A model generated the notes under the pieces. The model searched no databases and was not told where the DNA came from. It saw nothing but the letters and a program-made list of their open reading frames with translations. Shown here one piece after another: positions 29,014-30,240 of a stretch of 30,240 bases of DNA (within the stretch, counting starts at the first letter, position 1; every line of letters begins with the position of its first letter). This DNA comes from Macrostomum lignano. Taxonomy: Eukaryota. The position numbers were made by a program, and so were the translations under genes. Location: contig NIVC01001085.1 in NCBI GenBank assembly GCA_002269645.1, positions 1 to 30,240 on the forward strand, in the 5' to 3' direction.

Positions 29014-30240
29014 TGGAGGATGTTCCATAAGTACTTATACTTTTGCATGCTGCTCAGGAACTACGCAACCAATCATTGTAAGTTTTATGTCGCTGGAAAG
29101 CGGCTTTACTCATCTTTAATCTGTCGCCAAAATCATTTCGTTCTGTCAACTATGTCAAAAGTTACAACAAAAAACGTAGTCAAAGGTCACCCATAGACTT
29201 ACAAGAAATTTTCAAAATCAAAACTTCAAAGTTCAGCACGCAGAGTTATTTCGGATTCTACATAATGCATTCTTTTTTTGCTTCATAAGCGAATGCCACA
29301 CCCTTTTCGTCTATGGAAAATACTGGCCTAAGCTTTCACAGCATCTTAATCTTAAGATCACAGCATCTTAATCTTGTAAAGTTTCACCACCTTGGCTGCT
29401 GCTGCATCACCATGGATGTGAACTCAAGGGAAGGACAGCGCGCTGCAATTTTTACCCTCTGGAAACTCGGAAAAAAGCTATCAGAGATTTATGCGGATTT
29501 ATGCAACATTCATGGAGCTAATGCGGTGAGCAGGATGACCGTCTACAACTGGGTTGAGCAGTTCGAAGCAGGAAGGACCAATGTTGCTGATTTGCCGAGG
29601 TCGGGCCGCCCCTGCACATCAGGCTCTGATGCTCTCACCGATCGAATTCTTGATCTGCTGGACGAAGATTGTCGGCTAACGATTCGACAGATTGCAGATA
29701 GACTGGACACGCCGAGCACAACTGTGCATCGCTGCTTGTCGCGCATGGACTTTGTCAAGCTGACTGCTCGTTGGGTGCCACGCCTACTCACCTCGGACTT
29801 GAGACTGCAGAGGCAGCAGATTTGTCAGGCCAATATTCGGATGATGGAAGAATACGGTGGTTGGGATCTCTTCCATCGAATGATAGTCACTGGAGATGAA
29901 ACCTGGATTCCCCATTTTGATCCACCAACGAAACGTGATTCCCAGGTCTGGATGCTGAAGGGCTCTGATCCTCCGGTAAAAGCTCAAAGGGACGCACATG
30001 GAAAGAAGATCATGCTGTCTCTGTTTTTCGACTGCAATGGTCCTCTAACTGTCGAGTTTTTGGAGCCAAACACTACAATAAACTCTGAGCGCTACGTTGA
30101 AACGCTAACAAAGCTGCATCATGACATCCAGAACAAGCGTCGTGAAAATCCCAGACCTTTCATTCTTCATCATGACAATGCAAGGCCTCATACAGCACAA
30201 AAGACAGTCGAGGCAATCAGCAAGCTGAAGCTCCATCTTT
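29014..30240 (+). mobile_element. Mariner DNA transposon, left part (continues beyond the window)
   Basis: TA at 29012-29013 is followed by the TIR-like TGGAGGATGTTCCATAAGTACTTATAC, then about 400 bp of leader and the transposase ORF. Confidence 0.85.
29412..30240 (+). CDS. Mariner transposase, uninterrupted to the window edge (276 codons seen)
   Basis: Manual translation MDVNSREGQRAAIF...W..QFEAGR..V.DLPRSGRP...WVPRLLT...IVTGDETW...LHHDNARPHTA shows the HTH regions, the WVP motif and the first two catalytic Asp. No stop or frameshift. It is absent from the ORF track, presumably because it has no stop in the window. Confidence 0.96.
   Translation, partial: MDVNSREGQRAAIFTLWKLGKKLSEIYADLCNIHGANAVSRMTVYNWVEQFEAGRTNVADLPRSGRPCTSGSDALTDRILDLLDEDCRLTIRQIADRLDTPSTTVHRCLSRMDFVKLTARWVPRLLTSDLRLQRQQICQANIRMMEEYGGWDLFHRMIVTGDETWIPHFDPPTKRDSQVWMLKGSDPPVKAQRDAHGKKIMLSLFFDCNGPLTVEFLEPNTTINSERYVETLTKLHHDIQNKRRENPRPFILHHDNARPHTAQKTVEAISKLKLHL

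Overview
This is eukaryotic (invertebrate metazoan) genomic DNA, very rich in satellites. Its style suggests a repeat-rich flatworm such as Macrostomum, but that is inference only. It carries two plus-strand intron-containing genes that I reconstructed by hand from splice sites. (1) The 3' part of a myosin phosphatase targeting subunit gene (MYPT/PPP1R12 family), 6914-18816. It has the ROCK-site motif KRATQGV, the DYKRLYE coiled coil, a 21-nt microexon and two different leucine-zipper terminal exons. Its ankyrin-repeat exons presumably lie upstream of the window. (2) A secreted F-type lectin gene, 22696-26499, with a signal-peptide exon plus five phase 1-1 exons of one fucolectin domain each (order A-B-A-B-A). 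The domains are cationic, carry an extra Cys pair and are separated by dibasic linkers, and one B+A block is about 98% homogenised with its duplicate. Mobile DNA comprises two hAT MITEs carrying GA satellites, a probable Helitron 3' end, two CORE-SINEs, a bipartite SINE with a 14-bp TSD, an internally deleted R1/LOA-clade LINE, and a mariner whose transposase ORF is open to the window edge. About a dozen unrelated tandem arrays account for most of the long ORFs in the supplied track, which are artefacts. No CRISPR, rRNA or true tRNA genes were found. All alignments and counts were done manually.
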